From an uncultured Acidimicrobiia bacterium (GTDB lineage Bacteria > Actinomycetota > Acidimicrobiia > Acidimicrobiales > AC-14): DNA of 64,000 nt. Shown in pieces: positions 29,720 to 38,523 of the stretch. How positions within the stretch are numbered: the stretch's first letter is position 1; each line of letters begins with the position of its first letter. Made by a program: the position numbers and the translations under genes. Below the pieces are notes generated by a model. The model ran no database searches, was not told the origin of the DNA, and saw only the letters and a list, made by a program, of their open reading frames with translations. The stretch spans positions 64,001 to 128,000 of the forward strand of contig CAWIIV010000014.1 in NCBI GenBank assembly GCA_963836205.1, written 5' to 3'.

Positions 29720-30256
29720 GTGAGGAGCGAGGTGGCGGCCGCAGACGAGAAGACGGCAGACGAGGAGCGGGAGAGTGACGACGCGCCGGTCGTCGTGCTC
29801 GCTCCGCCCGCCTCCCTGGCCGACCTCTACCGGGAGCGATACGTACCCATGGTGAGACTGGCGTACCTGATGGTCGGCTCGACCACCGTGGCCGAGGACC
29901 TGGTGCAGGACGCCTTCGCCCGCATGCACCGACACTGGGACAACGCCGAGCACCCCCGGGCCTACCTGCGCACGGCGGTGGTCAACGCCTGCCGGTCGCA
30001 CCTGCGCCGGCTGGCCCTGGAACGGGCCTACCGCCGCCACCCGTCGGCCGTGGGCGAGGGCATGGTGGCCCAACCCGACGAGTTGTTCGACGCGCTGGCC
30101 GCCCTGCCGCCCCGGCAACGGGCGGCCCTGGTGCTGCGCTTCTACGAGGACCTGTCCGAGGCCGACATCGCGGTCGCCCTCGGCTGCCGCCCGGGCACGG
30201 TGAAGTCCCTGCTGCACCGGGGCCTGGCCGAGCTGCGCAAGGTGGTGGAGCAGTGA
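29720..30256 (+). CDS. SigE-family ECF sigma factor
   Basis: AEDLVQDAF, AYLRTAVVN, LPPRQRAALVLRFYEDLSEADIA...GTVKS. Confidence 0.92.
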   Translation: MRSEVAAADEKTADEERESDDAPVVVLAPPASLADLYRERYVPMVRLAYLMVGSTTVAEDLVQDAFARMHRHWDNAEHPRAYLRTAVVNACRSHLRRLALERAYRRHPSAVGEGMVAQPDELFDALAALPPRQRAALVLRFYEDLSEADIAVALGCRPGTVKSLLHRGLAELRKVVEQ

Positions 30257-31689
30257 TGGTGGAGGACGAGCTTCGGGACACGCTGCAGCGCCGGGCGGAC
30301 GTGGTGGAGCCGTCGTTCGACGCCTGGCCGTCGATCACCCGCCGCATCGACCGCCGGCAACGGCGGACCCGCACCGCCACCATGTCCCTGGTCGCCGGCT
30401 TCTCGTTGGCGGCGGTGGCGGTGGCCGTCGCGATGGTCACCCTGGCCGTCCCCGACGCCGGTGACCAGAACGTGGCCGCCACCGGCGGTCCACCCCGCCT
30501 CACGGGCACCACGACGAGCCTCCCGTTCTCGTCGGCCAGCCCGTCCACGGTCGGGCCGATCGAAGCCATACCGGGACAGGTCGGAAGCGGCGGACCGGGC
30601 GGCAGCGTGGTGCCGCAGGGGCCGGCCCCGACCACGGCCGGCAGCGGCAGCGGCCCGACGGAGACGGGGATGCTGTCGTCCGGCTTCCACTCGGGCACGA
30701 TCTACCCGGAGACGGCGGCCGAGCTGGAGACGATTCAGGCCCAGGTCGACGACGGCCACCAGCCCTGGTGGACAGACCCGGTGATGGTGGCGGCGTCGTA
30801 CCTCGGCAACCGGGGCCTCACCATCGACGACGACGGGTTGCCGGCATGGGTCGGCAACGCCGGTGCGATGCGCTACACCGCCGGCGGCGTCGGCGGCTGG
30901 GTGAGCCTGGCCCAGCTCATCAACGGCGGCTCGATCCACTACGTGACGGGGTCCCGCACCGACCGGGTCGTCAAGCTCCGGCTCATCCGCGAGGGCAGCC
31001 GGGTGACGGTCGAGGTCATCGCCACCGAGTCGGGCAAGGTCGTCGTGCGCAGCAAGCGGCCCGGCGCGGACTGGAACCCGAGCACCACCGAGGCGGTGGT
31101 GGCGGGGAGGTTGCACTCACTCACGGTCCAGGGCGCGGAGTCGACCGACCTCATCGTCCAGGTCCGCCACGAGGGCGACGACGGCCGGGTAGGCCTGACC
31201 GAGGAGCTCCTGGGCGCGGTGCAGCCCGAGCTGGAGTACGTGGGCCTCCACGACGCATCGGTGCTCGCTCCCGGCCAGCTGGGACCGATCGGCCTGGACT
31301 TCACCTTCGCCGAGGTGCAGCGGTACAGCGGCATCGCCACCGTCATCGACCAGGGCGAGTCGTGCGCCAGCGTCTCGCCCGCCGGTCGCCCGGCCGGGGT
31401 GGCCTTCGTGTCGACCGACGGCGACGACCGCGTCGACGTGATCACCGTCGCCGCGCCGAGCGTGCGCACCGCAGCCGGCATCGGGGTCGGAAGCACGCTG
31501 GCCGAGGTCCGTCAGGCCCACCCGGGGATCGAGGAGCGGCTCACCGACGGTGAGGGCAGGCTCGTCCATTCCCCCGACGACCCCATGCAGGAGGGGTTCG
31601 AGATGATCTTCGGGATCCAGGACGGAAAGGTGTCCGTGATCTGGTCCGGCCACGAAGGCCTCTCCGACACCGACGAGATCTGCGCTTAA
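30253..31689 (+). CDS. Single-pass membrane protein, probable anti-sigma/sensor for the adjacent ECF
   Basis: Coupled to the ECF gene; VEDELRDTL...RRQRRTR cytoplasmic N-terminus, TM, low-complexity linker, extracellular domains. Confidence 0.7.
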   Translation: MMVEDELRDTLQRRADVVEPSFDAWPSITRRIDRRQRRTRTATMSLVAGFSLAAVAVAVAMVTLAVPDAGDQNVAATGGPPRLTGTTTSLPFSSASPSTVGPIEAIPGQVGSGGPGGSVVPQGPAPTTAGSGSGPTETGMLSSGFHSGTIYPETAAELETIQAQVDDGHQPWWTDPVMVAASYLGNRGLTIDDDGLPAWVGNAGAMRYTAGGVGGWVSLAQLINGGSIHYVTGSRTDRVVKLRLIREGSRVTVEVIATESGKVVVRSKRPGADWNPSTTEAVVAGRLHSLTVQGAESTDLIVQVRHEGDDGRVGLTEELLGAVQPELEYVGLHDASVLAPGQLGPIGLDFTFAEVQRYSGIATVIDQGESCASVSPAGRPAGVAFVSTDGDDRVDVITVAAPSVRTAAGIGVGSTLAEVRQAHPGIEERLTDGEGRLVHSPDDPMQEGFEMIFGIQDGKVSVIWSGHEGLSDTDEICA

Positions 31690-31791
31690 CCGACCAGCGC
31701 GGCCGCCAGGCCGAACGCTGGTCGGAACGGGAAACAGTCCGCCGAAGGCGGCCCGAGCCCTAGACATCCAGGGCGCCGTAGCATTGGCGGC

Positions 31792-33327
31792 GTGAGCTCG
31801 GACAACCCGTTGGCCGAGAAGACGGCGGACCGCGTCGCGCCCCCTGCCGTCCTCGTCATCTTCGGCGCGTCGGGCGACCTCACCAGCCGCAAGCTCATGC
31901 CGGCCGTCGAGCGGCTGGCCCTCCGGCGGCTGCTGCCGGCGTCGTTCTCGATCGTGGGCGTGGCCCGCACCGAGATGGACGACGAGGAGTTCCTCCAGCG
32001 GATGATGAAGACGGTCCTCGACGAGCGCAGCGAGGGCGGGGGCGACGACGTCCGCCACGTGTGGGACGCGTTCTCCGGCGGGTTCCGCTACGTGGCCGGC
32101 GACTACGGCTCGCCCGACACCTTCGCCCGGCTCAAGGAGGTGCTGGAGGAGCTCGACCGCGAGCGGGGCACGGCCGGCAGCCGCCTCTACTACCTGGCCA
32201 CCCCGCCCGACACGTTCCCGACGGTGGTCGAGGGCCTCGGCGCCCAGGGCCTCAACAAGGCCCCGTCCGACCAGGGGTTCGTGCGCATCGTCATCGAGAA
32301 GCCCTACGGGCGGGACGGGCGGTCGGCAGCCAGGCTCGACGAGATCGTCCACCGGTCCTTCGACGAGTCGCAGGTCTACCGGATCGACCACTACCTGGGG
32401 AAGGAGACGGTCCAGAACGTCCTCGCCCTGCGCTTCGCCAACGCCATCTTCGAGCCCCTGTGGAACCGGCGCTACGTCAACCACGTGCAGATCACGGTGG
32501 CCGAGTCCCTCGGGGTGGGCCACCGGGGCAGCTTCTACGAGCGGGCGGGCGCCCTGCGCGACATCGTCCAGAACCACGTGATGCAGGTGCTGGCCCTCAC
32601 CCTGATGGAGCCGCCGGCCACGTTCGACGCCGACGGGATCCGCGACGAGAAGGTGAAGGCGCTCAAGGCGGTCGACATCCTCACCCCGGAGGAGGTGCCC
32701 TTCGAGGTCGTGCGGGGCCAGTACCGCAAGGGCTGGGTGGAAGGCCAGGAGGTGAAGAGCTACCGGGAGGAGGAGGGGGTCGACCCCCACAGCACCACCG
32801 AGACCTACATCGCCATGCGCCTGCGGGTCGACAACTGGCGATGGGCGGGGGTGCCGATCTACGTCCGCACCGGCAAGTACCTGCCCAAGCGGGTCACCGA
32901 GGTGGCCATGGAGTTCAACCGGGTGCCCCACCTGCCCTTCGCCGCCAACCAGGCCGAGGGCCTCGACCCCGACGCCCTGGTGCTGCGGGTGCAGCCCGAC
33001 GAGGGCATCACCCTGCGCTTCGGGGCCAAGGTGCCGGGCCAGGCGTTCCGGGTGCGGTCGGTGTCGATGGACTTCTTCTACGGGGCCGCCTTCCTGGAGG
33101 AGACGCCCGAGGCCTACGAGCGGCTGCTGCTCGACGCCCTCCTCGGCGACCAGACCCTGTTCATCCGCTCCGACGAGGTGGCCCAGGCCTGGCGTATCGT
33201 CGACCCGGTGCTTGAGGCGTTCGAGGAAGGTCACGTGCCGCTGGCCCGCTACGAGGCCGGTAGCTGGGGCCCGGAGGAGGCCGACGAGCTCCTTCGCCGC
33301 GACGGCCGCGGCTGGCGACGGCCGTGA
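31792..33327 (+). CDS. zwf: Glucose-6-phosphate 1-dehydrogenase
   Basis: GASGDL, EKPYG, RIDHYLGKETV, DIVQNH, NWRWAGVP, EAYERLL. Confidence 0.98.
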   Translation: MSSDNPLAEKTADRVAPPAVLVIFGASGDLTSRKLMPAVERLALRRLLPASFSIVGVARTEMDDEEFLQRMMKTVLDERSEGGGDDVRHVWDAFSGGFRYVAGDYGSPDTFARLKEVLEELDRERGTAGSRLYYLATPPDTFPTVVEGLGAQGLNKAPSDQGFVRIVIEKPYGRDGRSAARLDEIVHRSFDESQVYRIDHYLGKETVQNVLALRFANAIFEPLWNRRYVNHVQITVAESLGVGHRGSFYERAGALRDIVQNHVMQVLALTLMEPPATFDADGIRDEKVKALKAVDILTPEEVPFEVVRGQYRKGWVEGQEVKSYREEEGVDPHSTTETYIAMRLRVDNWRWAGVPIYVRTGKYLPKRVTEVAMEFNRVPHLPFAANQAEGLDPDALVLRVQPDEGITLRFGAKVPGQAFRVRSVSMDFFYGAAFLEETPEAYERLLLDALLGDQTLFIRSDEVAQAWRIVDPVLEAFEEGHVPLARYEAGSWGPEEADELLRRDGRGWRRP

Positions 33328-34346
33328 GCCAGGCGTCGTCGACCACCATCGGGACCTGGGAGGCCGACGACGTCTCCATCGGCGACGTCGAGCGGGCCCT
33401 GTCGGGGTTGCGGCGCCACGAGCAACGGGCGGCGGTTCGGGCCAGCGTGCTCACCCTGGTGGCCGTCACCCAGAGCCAGGCCGAGGCCGACCTGGTACGG
33501 GGCACCATCCACGACCTGGGGATCAGGCACCCGTCCCGCACCCTGGTGGTGGTGCTGCAGAAGGGCGACCCCGGCCAGCCCGCGGGCGACGGCGGCACGG
33601 GCGTCGACGCCGCCCTGTGGGTCCACGCCCTCGAGCACGACGGCCGGGCGGTGTGTTTCGAGGAGGTCCGCCTGCTGGTGCGGGGCCCGGCCCGGTACCA
33701 CCTCGACTCCATCGTGGGCCCGTTCGCCCTGCCCGACGTCCCCCTGGTGGTGTGGCTGCCGGCCAGCCTGCCCGCCCCCGGCGATCCCCTCCTCGACGTG
33801 GCCGACCGCCTGGTGGTCGACAGCCGGGCCGCCGACGAGGGCGGCGGCGACGTGCTGGCCCGGGCCGCGGTCCTGGCCCGGCGCCTGCCCGTCACCGACC
33901 TGTCGTGGATCCGCCTGGCGCCGTGGCGCAGCCTGCTGGCGGGCTTGTTCGAGGGCTCCGTCAACCGGCCCTTCCTCGACGGCGTCGACCGGGTGCAGGT
34001 GGGGGGCAACGCCGGCCCCCGCCAGCTACTCGGGGGATGGCTCCTCCGCCGCCTCGGCCTCACCCCGGCCCGGGTCGAGCTGAAGCCGGCGCCCCACGTG
34101 TCGGTGTGCGTCGACGCCACCGATCACCAGGGCCGGCGGGCCACCTTCTGCGTCGCCCGCGCCGGCGCCGAACGGGTGCTCACGGCCACCGTCCGGATCG
34201 AGGACGGTCCCCACCTGGAGCAGGTGCTCACCATGCAGGAGCGGTGGCCGGCCCTCGCCCTCGCCGGTGCCCTCACCAACGTCGGCCACGACGAGCCCTA
34301 CGAGGAGGCCCTGGCCGGAGCCCGCGAGCTCCGGGGCGCGGCGTGA
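33324..34346 (+). CDS. opcA: G6PD assembly protein OpcA
   Basis: HPSR, LPDVPLVVW, RLVVDS, TDLSWIRLAPWR; located between zwf and pgl. Confidence 0.92.
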   Translation: MSQASSTTIGTWEADDVSIGDVERALSGLRRHEQRAAVRASVLTLVAVTQSQAEADLVRGTIHDLGIRHPSRTLVVVLQKGDPGQPAGDGGTGVDAALWVHALEHDGRAVCFEEVRLLVRGPARYHLDSIVGPFALPDVPLVVWLPASLPAPGDPLLDVADRLVVDSRAADEGGGDVLARAAVLARRLPVTDLSWIRLAPWRSLLAGLFEGSVNRPFLDGVDRVQVGGNAGPRQLLGGWLLRRLGLTPARVELKPAPHVSVCVDATDHQGRRATFCVARAGAERVLTATVRIEDGPHLEQVLTMQERWPALALAGALTNVGHDEPYEEALAGARELRGAA

Positions 34347-34383
34347 GCGTGAACGGGCCGCATGCCATGAACGGTGAGTTGCC

Positions 34384-35058
34384 ATGAACGGCGAGCTGAT
34401 CATCGTCGACGACGTCGCCACCGAGTTCGCCGAGCGGGTGGTGGAGGCGTTCCACACCCGGCCCGGGGAGAGCTTCGCCCTCACCGTCTCGGGAGGTGCC
34501 ACCGCCCGCCGCTGCTACGAGAAGCTGGCCGCCGACGGTGCCGACCAGATCGATTGGTGGCAGGTCGACGTCTACTGGGGCGACGAGCGCTGCGTCCCGC
34601 CCGGCCACTCCGACTCCAACGAGCGGCTGGTGCGGGAGGCCCTGCTCGAACGGGTGGGGGCGGCCAACGCCGTCTACCCCATGCGCTGCGACGAAGGGCC
34701 CGACGCCTACCAGCAGCGGGTGGTCAGCGCCGGCCGGTTCGACGTGGTCCATCTCGGGCTCGGGCCCGACTGCCACACCGCGTCGCTCTTCCCCGACTCC
34801 CCCGCCCTCGACGCCGACCCCGGCCGCCTGGTGGCGCTGAACGAAGACCCCCACGGTCGCAACCCCCACGCCCGCATGACCCTCACTTACTCGGGCATCG
34901 CCCGGGCCCGGCTGGTGATCTTCACGGTGGCCGGGGAGGCCAAGCGGGAGGCGTTCGCCCGGGTGCGGGCGGGCGACCTGGCCTGCCCCGCGACCCGGGT
35001 GCGGGCCGAGCGCATCGTGTGGCTCGTCGATCCCGCGGCCGCAGGCGAGGAGGCCTGA
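34384..35058 (+). CDS. pgl: 6-phosphogluconolactonase
   Basis: SGGAT, WGDERCVP, LGLGPDCHTASLFP, RMTLT. Confidence 0.95.
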   Translation: MNGELIIVDDVATEFAERVVEAFHTRPGESFALTVSGGATARRCYEKLAADGADQIDWWQVDVYWGDERCVPPGHSDSNERLVREALLERVGAANAVYPMRCDEGPDAYQQRVVSAGRFDVVHLGLGPDCHTASLFPDSPALDADPGRLVALNEDPHGRNPHARMTLTYSGIARARLVIFTVAGEAKREAFARVRAGDLACPATRVRAERIVWLVDPAAAGEEA

Positions 35059-35079
35059 CCGGAGCCGCAGCCCCGCCCG

Positions 35080-35877
35080 TCAGGCGACCTTCACCTCCTG
35101 CTTCATACCGAGGGTGTAGTGGGGCTCGGCGGTGGTGGGGTCGTCGTCGTCGGTGGTCCCCTTGCCGTAGTTGCAGATGAAGAGGTAGTCGCCGACGGGA
35201 AGGGCGGTCACCATGTAAGCCGTCTGGCCGGGATCGGTGCTCACCGCGTTGGCAAACGCGACCTTGGTCTCGGCCTGGTCGTCGGGCAGTTCGAGGATCT
35301 GGTCGAACGACTCGGTGACCCCCGGGTTCTTGCTGAACACCAGCATCTCGTGGGCCTCGTCGGAGGTGTTCTCCATCTCGATGCGGACCGTGCCCGCGGG
35401 AAGGGTCGCCGGGAGCCCCTCGTAGGCGTAGTTGACGGCATCCACCGTCGCCTTGGCGCCGGTGCAGTTCTCGTGCATGTAGGCGTCGACGGTGCCGATG
35501 AGGTCGGAGTAGTCGCTGCTGAGGAGGACGGACCGGTCGGCGGTGGCCCGGAACTCCCGGGACTTGGTGGCGACCTCGCCGACCTCGTCCCTGACCTCGT
35601 CGGGCGCGCTACCGACGAGGGTGGCCAGAGGGCCGGCCACGTTGGCGTCGTAGGCGGCCTGGACCTGGCCGACGAGCTCGGCGGGCGGCGGGGCCCCGTC
35701 GGGCGGCTCGGGCGTGCTCGTGAGGACCTTCGTGTACCCGACGCTCATGGCCCCGTGGGCCTCGCAGGCGTCGGCGATGTCGGCGCTCTCGGCGTCGTCG
35801 CCGCAGGCGGTGAGGCCGGCGATGAGGGCGATGCTCAGGACGGCGGCCACGTTCCACGGACGGCTTCGGACGATCAT
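35080..35877 (-). CDS. Lipoprotein with C-terminal cupredoxin-like (type 1 copper) domain
   Basis: Lipobox LTAC; HEM...YLFIC...HYTLGM (His, Cys, His, Met ligands). Confidence 0.78.
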   Translation of the reverse strand: MIVRSRPWNVAAVLSIALIAGLTACGDDAESADIADACEAHGAMSVGYTKVLTSTPEPPDGAPPPAELVGQVQAAYDANVAGPLATLVGSAPDEVRDEVGEVATKSREFRATADRSVLLSSDYSDLIGTVDAYMHENCTGAKATVDAVNYAYEGLPATLPAGTVRIEMENTSDEAHEMLVFSKNPGVTESFDQILELPDDQAETKVAFANAVSTDPGQTAYMVTALPVGDYLFICNYGKGTTDDDDPTTAEPHYTLGMKQEVKVA

Positions 35878-35941
35878 GCGGCTTCCTCCCCGGGCTCCCT
35901 GCACGTGGTGGCGAACCTACCCATCGGGGTACGGACCACTC

Positions 35942-36136
35942 ATGACCAGAATCCTGTTGATCGTCGCCGTGGCCTGCTTCGCCATCGCCACCCTGTCCGC
36001 CTTCACCGACGCCATCGCCGTCAACGAGCTCGGCTTCATCGCCCTCGGGCTCACCGCCTACGCGGCTGTGCCCCTCGTCGCCGACTACGAGGCGTTCGGG
36101 TCGGGCGCAACACGGAGGCGGCGCGTTCTGCGGTAG
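35942..36136 (+). CDS. Small 2-TM membrane protein
   Basis: 64-aa hydrophobic ORF with GC3 bias and a basic tail. Confidence 0.6.
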   Translation: MTRILLIVAVACFAIATLSAFTDAIAVNELGFIALGLTAYAAVPLVADYEAFGSGATRRRRVLR

Positions 36137-36156
36137 CCGGGGGTATCGTCCGAGTC

Positions 36157-36549
36157 TTGGACGACACCACCAACCGCCAGGTCCTGCAGGCGCTCTATGA
36201 CGCCCTCGGTGCCGGCGATTTCGGGACCGTGCTCGGCCTCCTGTCCGACGACGTGATCGGCCACGTGCCCGGCAACAGCCCGGTGGCGGGCGACTACGTG
36301 GGCAAGGGGGCGGTGGCCGGCTACGTGGGCCAGCTGGCGGAGCGGTCGGGCGGCACCATCCGCTTCGAGCCGCGAACCGTCCTGGTCGCGGGCGACCGCG
36401 GCGTGGGCCTGCTCCGTGACCTGGCCGAGCGCGACGGCAAGACCCTGGCCATGGACAACGTCCACGTCTGGCGCATGGGCGACGGCACCCTCGACGAGAT
36501 CTGGATCTACCCCGGCGACCAGTACGCCTGGGACGACTTCTGGTCGTAG
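36157..36549 (+). CDS. SnoaL/NTF2-like protein
   Basis: LYDALGAGD...DDVIGHVPG...AGDYVG, DQYAWDDFWS; TATCGT -10 before TTG. Confidence 0.85.
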   Translation: MDDTTNRQVLQALYDALGAGDFGTVLGLLSDDVIGHVPGNSPVAGDYVGKGAVAGYVGQLAERSGGTIRFEPRTVLVAGDRGVGLLRDLAERDGKTLAMDNVHVWRMGDGTLDEIWIYPGDQYAWDDFWS

Positions 36550-36568
36550 GTCGTGCTCGCCACGATCG

Positions 36569-38158
36569 CTACGACAGACTCCCCGGAGACAGGGCGAGCA
36601 CCCGCAACCGGGGCTGGGCGTCGATCGGCACCGCGAGGGATGCGATCGCACCGGGGCCGGCGTCGACGGCGGACACCGACCAGGAGGCGTGGGGGTCGGG
36701 CCCGGAGACGACCCATCGGCCCGGTCCGGCGGGGCGGGCCTCCACCAGGGCCGGGTCGAGGGAGAGCCCGGTGCCGAGAGCCTTGAGGAACGCCTCCTTC
36801 ACCGTCCACAGCCGCAGGAAGGCGGCGTCCCGCTCTCCTTCCGGAACGGCGGCCAGCCCGGCCTGCTCCTGCTGAGTGAGCACCATCGCCGCCATCAGGT
36901 GGCGGTTGCCGACCGGGCGCAGGCGCTCGATGTCGACCCCGACATCGTGGTCGCGGGCGACGGCCACGGTGGCCAACCCGTCAGACGAGCTGGCGCTGAA
37001 CCGCAGGCGGCCGTCGGCGAGAGCCTCCGGCTTGCCGTTGGGGCCGGTTGGTATGGCTCCGACGCCGGGATCGGCGCCGTAGGCGGCCAGGAGACGCCGG
37101 AGCAGCCACCGCCGCCGGACGAAGCGGGACGCGTGGCGGGCGAACCGAAAGGTGTCGGCCCGGGCGACCTCGTCGGGAGAGAGGTACCGGCGCAGCCCGG
37201 GATCGGAGAGCGCCAACTCGTCGGTCCGGGCATGCCACACATGGACCTCGCCCGCCTCCAGGGCGGGCACGGACACTCGGGCGGTACCCACGGCCCCGGT
37301 GGCCAGGTCGGCGGCGATGGACGAGACGAGCCGGGCCCGAGCGGAGTGCAGGAAGAAGTGGTCACCGGGAAGGACCCGGACGGCGAACGGGCCCGCAGTC
37401 AGATCCCCCCAGGCGAAGAGGTCGTCGACCGGTGTCTCGGGGTCGCGATCGCCGGCGAAGACCGTCAAGGGGCAGGGAAGGGGCGGGCCTTCCCGGAGGA
37501 GGTACTGGTCGACGTAGCCGAGGTCGGCCCGGAGGACTCGCAGGGCCAGACCCCGCATGTCGGGGTCGTCGAAGATCTCCGGCGGCGTGCCTCCCAGCTC
37601 GGTCACCCGGGCGATGAGCTCGGCGTCGGGCAGGACGGAGGCGGGGTCCTTCAGGCGGGGGAGCTGGGGAGCGTGGGCACCGGAGACGAAGAGCCACACC
37701 GGGTTGGGCGCGCCGCTGGCGACCAGCTCCCGGCACAGCTCGAAGCCGAGCCGGGCCCCGAAGCTGTGACCGAAGACGGCGTAGGGACGGGCGGTGTGCG
37801 GCCGGATGGCGGCAACCAGGTCGTCGATATCGACCACCGGCGACTCGCGGATCCTGCCCTCGCGCCCGGGGAGCTGCACCGGCAACACGTCCACCTGGGG
37901 CAGAACATCGGCCCACCCCCTGAAAGCCGACGCCCCCGCCCCCGCGTACGGCAGGCAGAACAGCCGCACCGCCGCGCTGGACCGCGCCCGGGAGGCCGGC
38001 AACCACGCCGAAGCCCCCGGCACCGCGGGCGGCGGCGGTCCGGCGGAGGGCGGCGGTCCGGCGGTTGGCGGCGGTCCGGCGGAGGGCGGCGGTCCGGCGG
38101 AGGGCGGCGTCCCGGCGGAGGGCGGCGGTCCGGCGGAGGGCGGCGGCGGCGCGCTCAC
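36569..38158 (-). CDS. Type II thioesterase fused to Sfp-type 4'-phosphopantetheinyl transferase
   Basis: LFCLPYAG, QLPGRE, GHSFG, GDHFF (TE); GKP, FSASSS, VGVDIE, WTVKEAFLKALGTG (PPTase), all in one frame. Confidence 0.9.
   Translation of the reverse strand: MSAPPPPSAGPPPSAGTPPSAGPPPSAGPPPTAGPPPSAGPPPPAVPGASAWLPASRARSSAAVRLFCLPYAGAGASAFRGWADVLPQVDVLPVQLPGREGRIRESPVVDIDDLVAAIRPHTARPYAVFGHSFGARLGFELCRELVASGAPNPVWLFVSGAHAPQLPRLKDPASVLPDAELIARVTELGGTPPEIFDDPDMRGLALRVLRADLGYVDQYLLREGPPLPCPLTVFAGDRDPETPVDDLFAWGDLTAGPFAVRVLPGDHFFLHSARARLVSSIAADLATGAVGTARVSVPALEAGEVHVWHARTDELALSDPGLRRYLSPDEVARADTFRFARHASRFVRRRWLLRRLLAAYGADPGVGAIPTGPNGKPEALADGRLRFSASSSDGLATVAVARDHDVGVDIERLRPVGNRHLMAAMVLTQQEQAGLAAVPEGERDAAFLRLWTVKEAFLKALGTGLSLDPALVEARPAGPGRWVVSGPDPHASWSVSAVDAGPGAIASLAVPIDAQPRLRVLALSPGSLS
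38028..38149 (-). repeat. 18-bp in-frame tandem repeat encoding (PPPSAG)n, about 6 copies
   Basis: GGCGGCGGTCCGGCGGAG-type units at the TE-PPTase N-terminus. Confidence 0.9.
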
Positions 38159-38427
38159 GGCTTGGGGGCGGCGAGCGCGGTGCGGTCGATCTTGCCGATG
38201 CCGGTGAGGGGCACGCCCAGGATGGCGACGGGAATCGCCAGCCCCCGGGCCAGGCGGATGGCGACGAAGGAGCCCGGATCCACCCCCGCCCGCTCCAGCT
38301 CGCTCGCCACCCGGTCACTGAGGGCGTCCAGCTCGCGGTAGCTGAGCCGGTCGGTCGCGCCGCGAACTGCCAAGGCCTCCGGCTGCCGCGCCGCCGTCGC
38401 CCGGAAGCGCCCATGCAGTGTGTCCAA
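38155..38427 (-). pseudogene. Internally deleted NRPS-type adenylation domain (A1 region joined to A10 motif)
   Basis: LSYRELDALSDRVA...VAILGV joined directly to PLTGIGKIDRTAL; 90 aa instead of about 500. Confidence 0.8.
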
Positions 38428-38523
38428 GCGCCTAGCTCCTCCCCACCCGAGAGTCCGCCCGGGAGGTTATCCCGCAAGCCCACCGGCGCTTCTTCGTCAG
38501 CCTCGTCTCGTAGGGTGGAGGCC

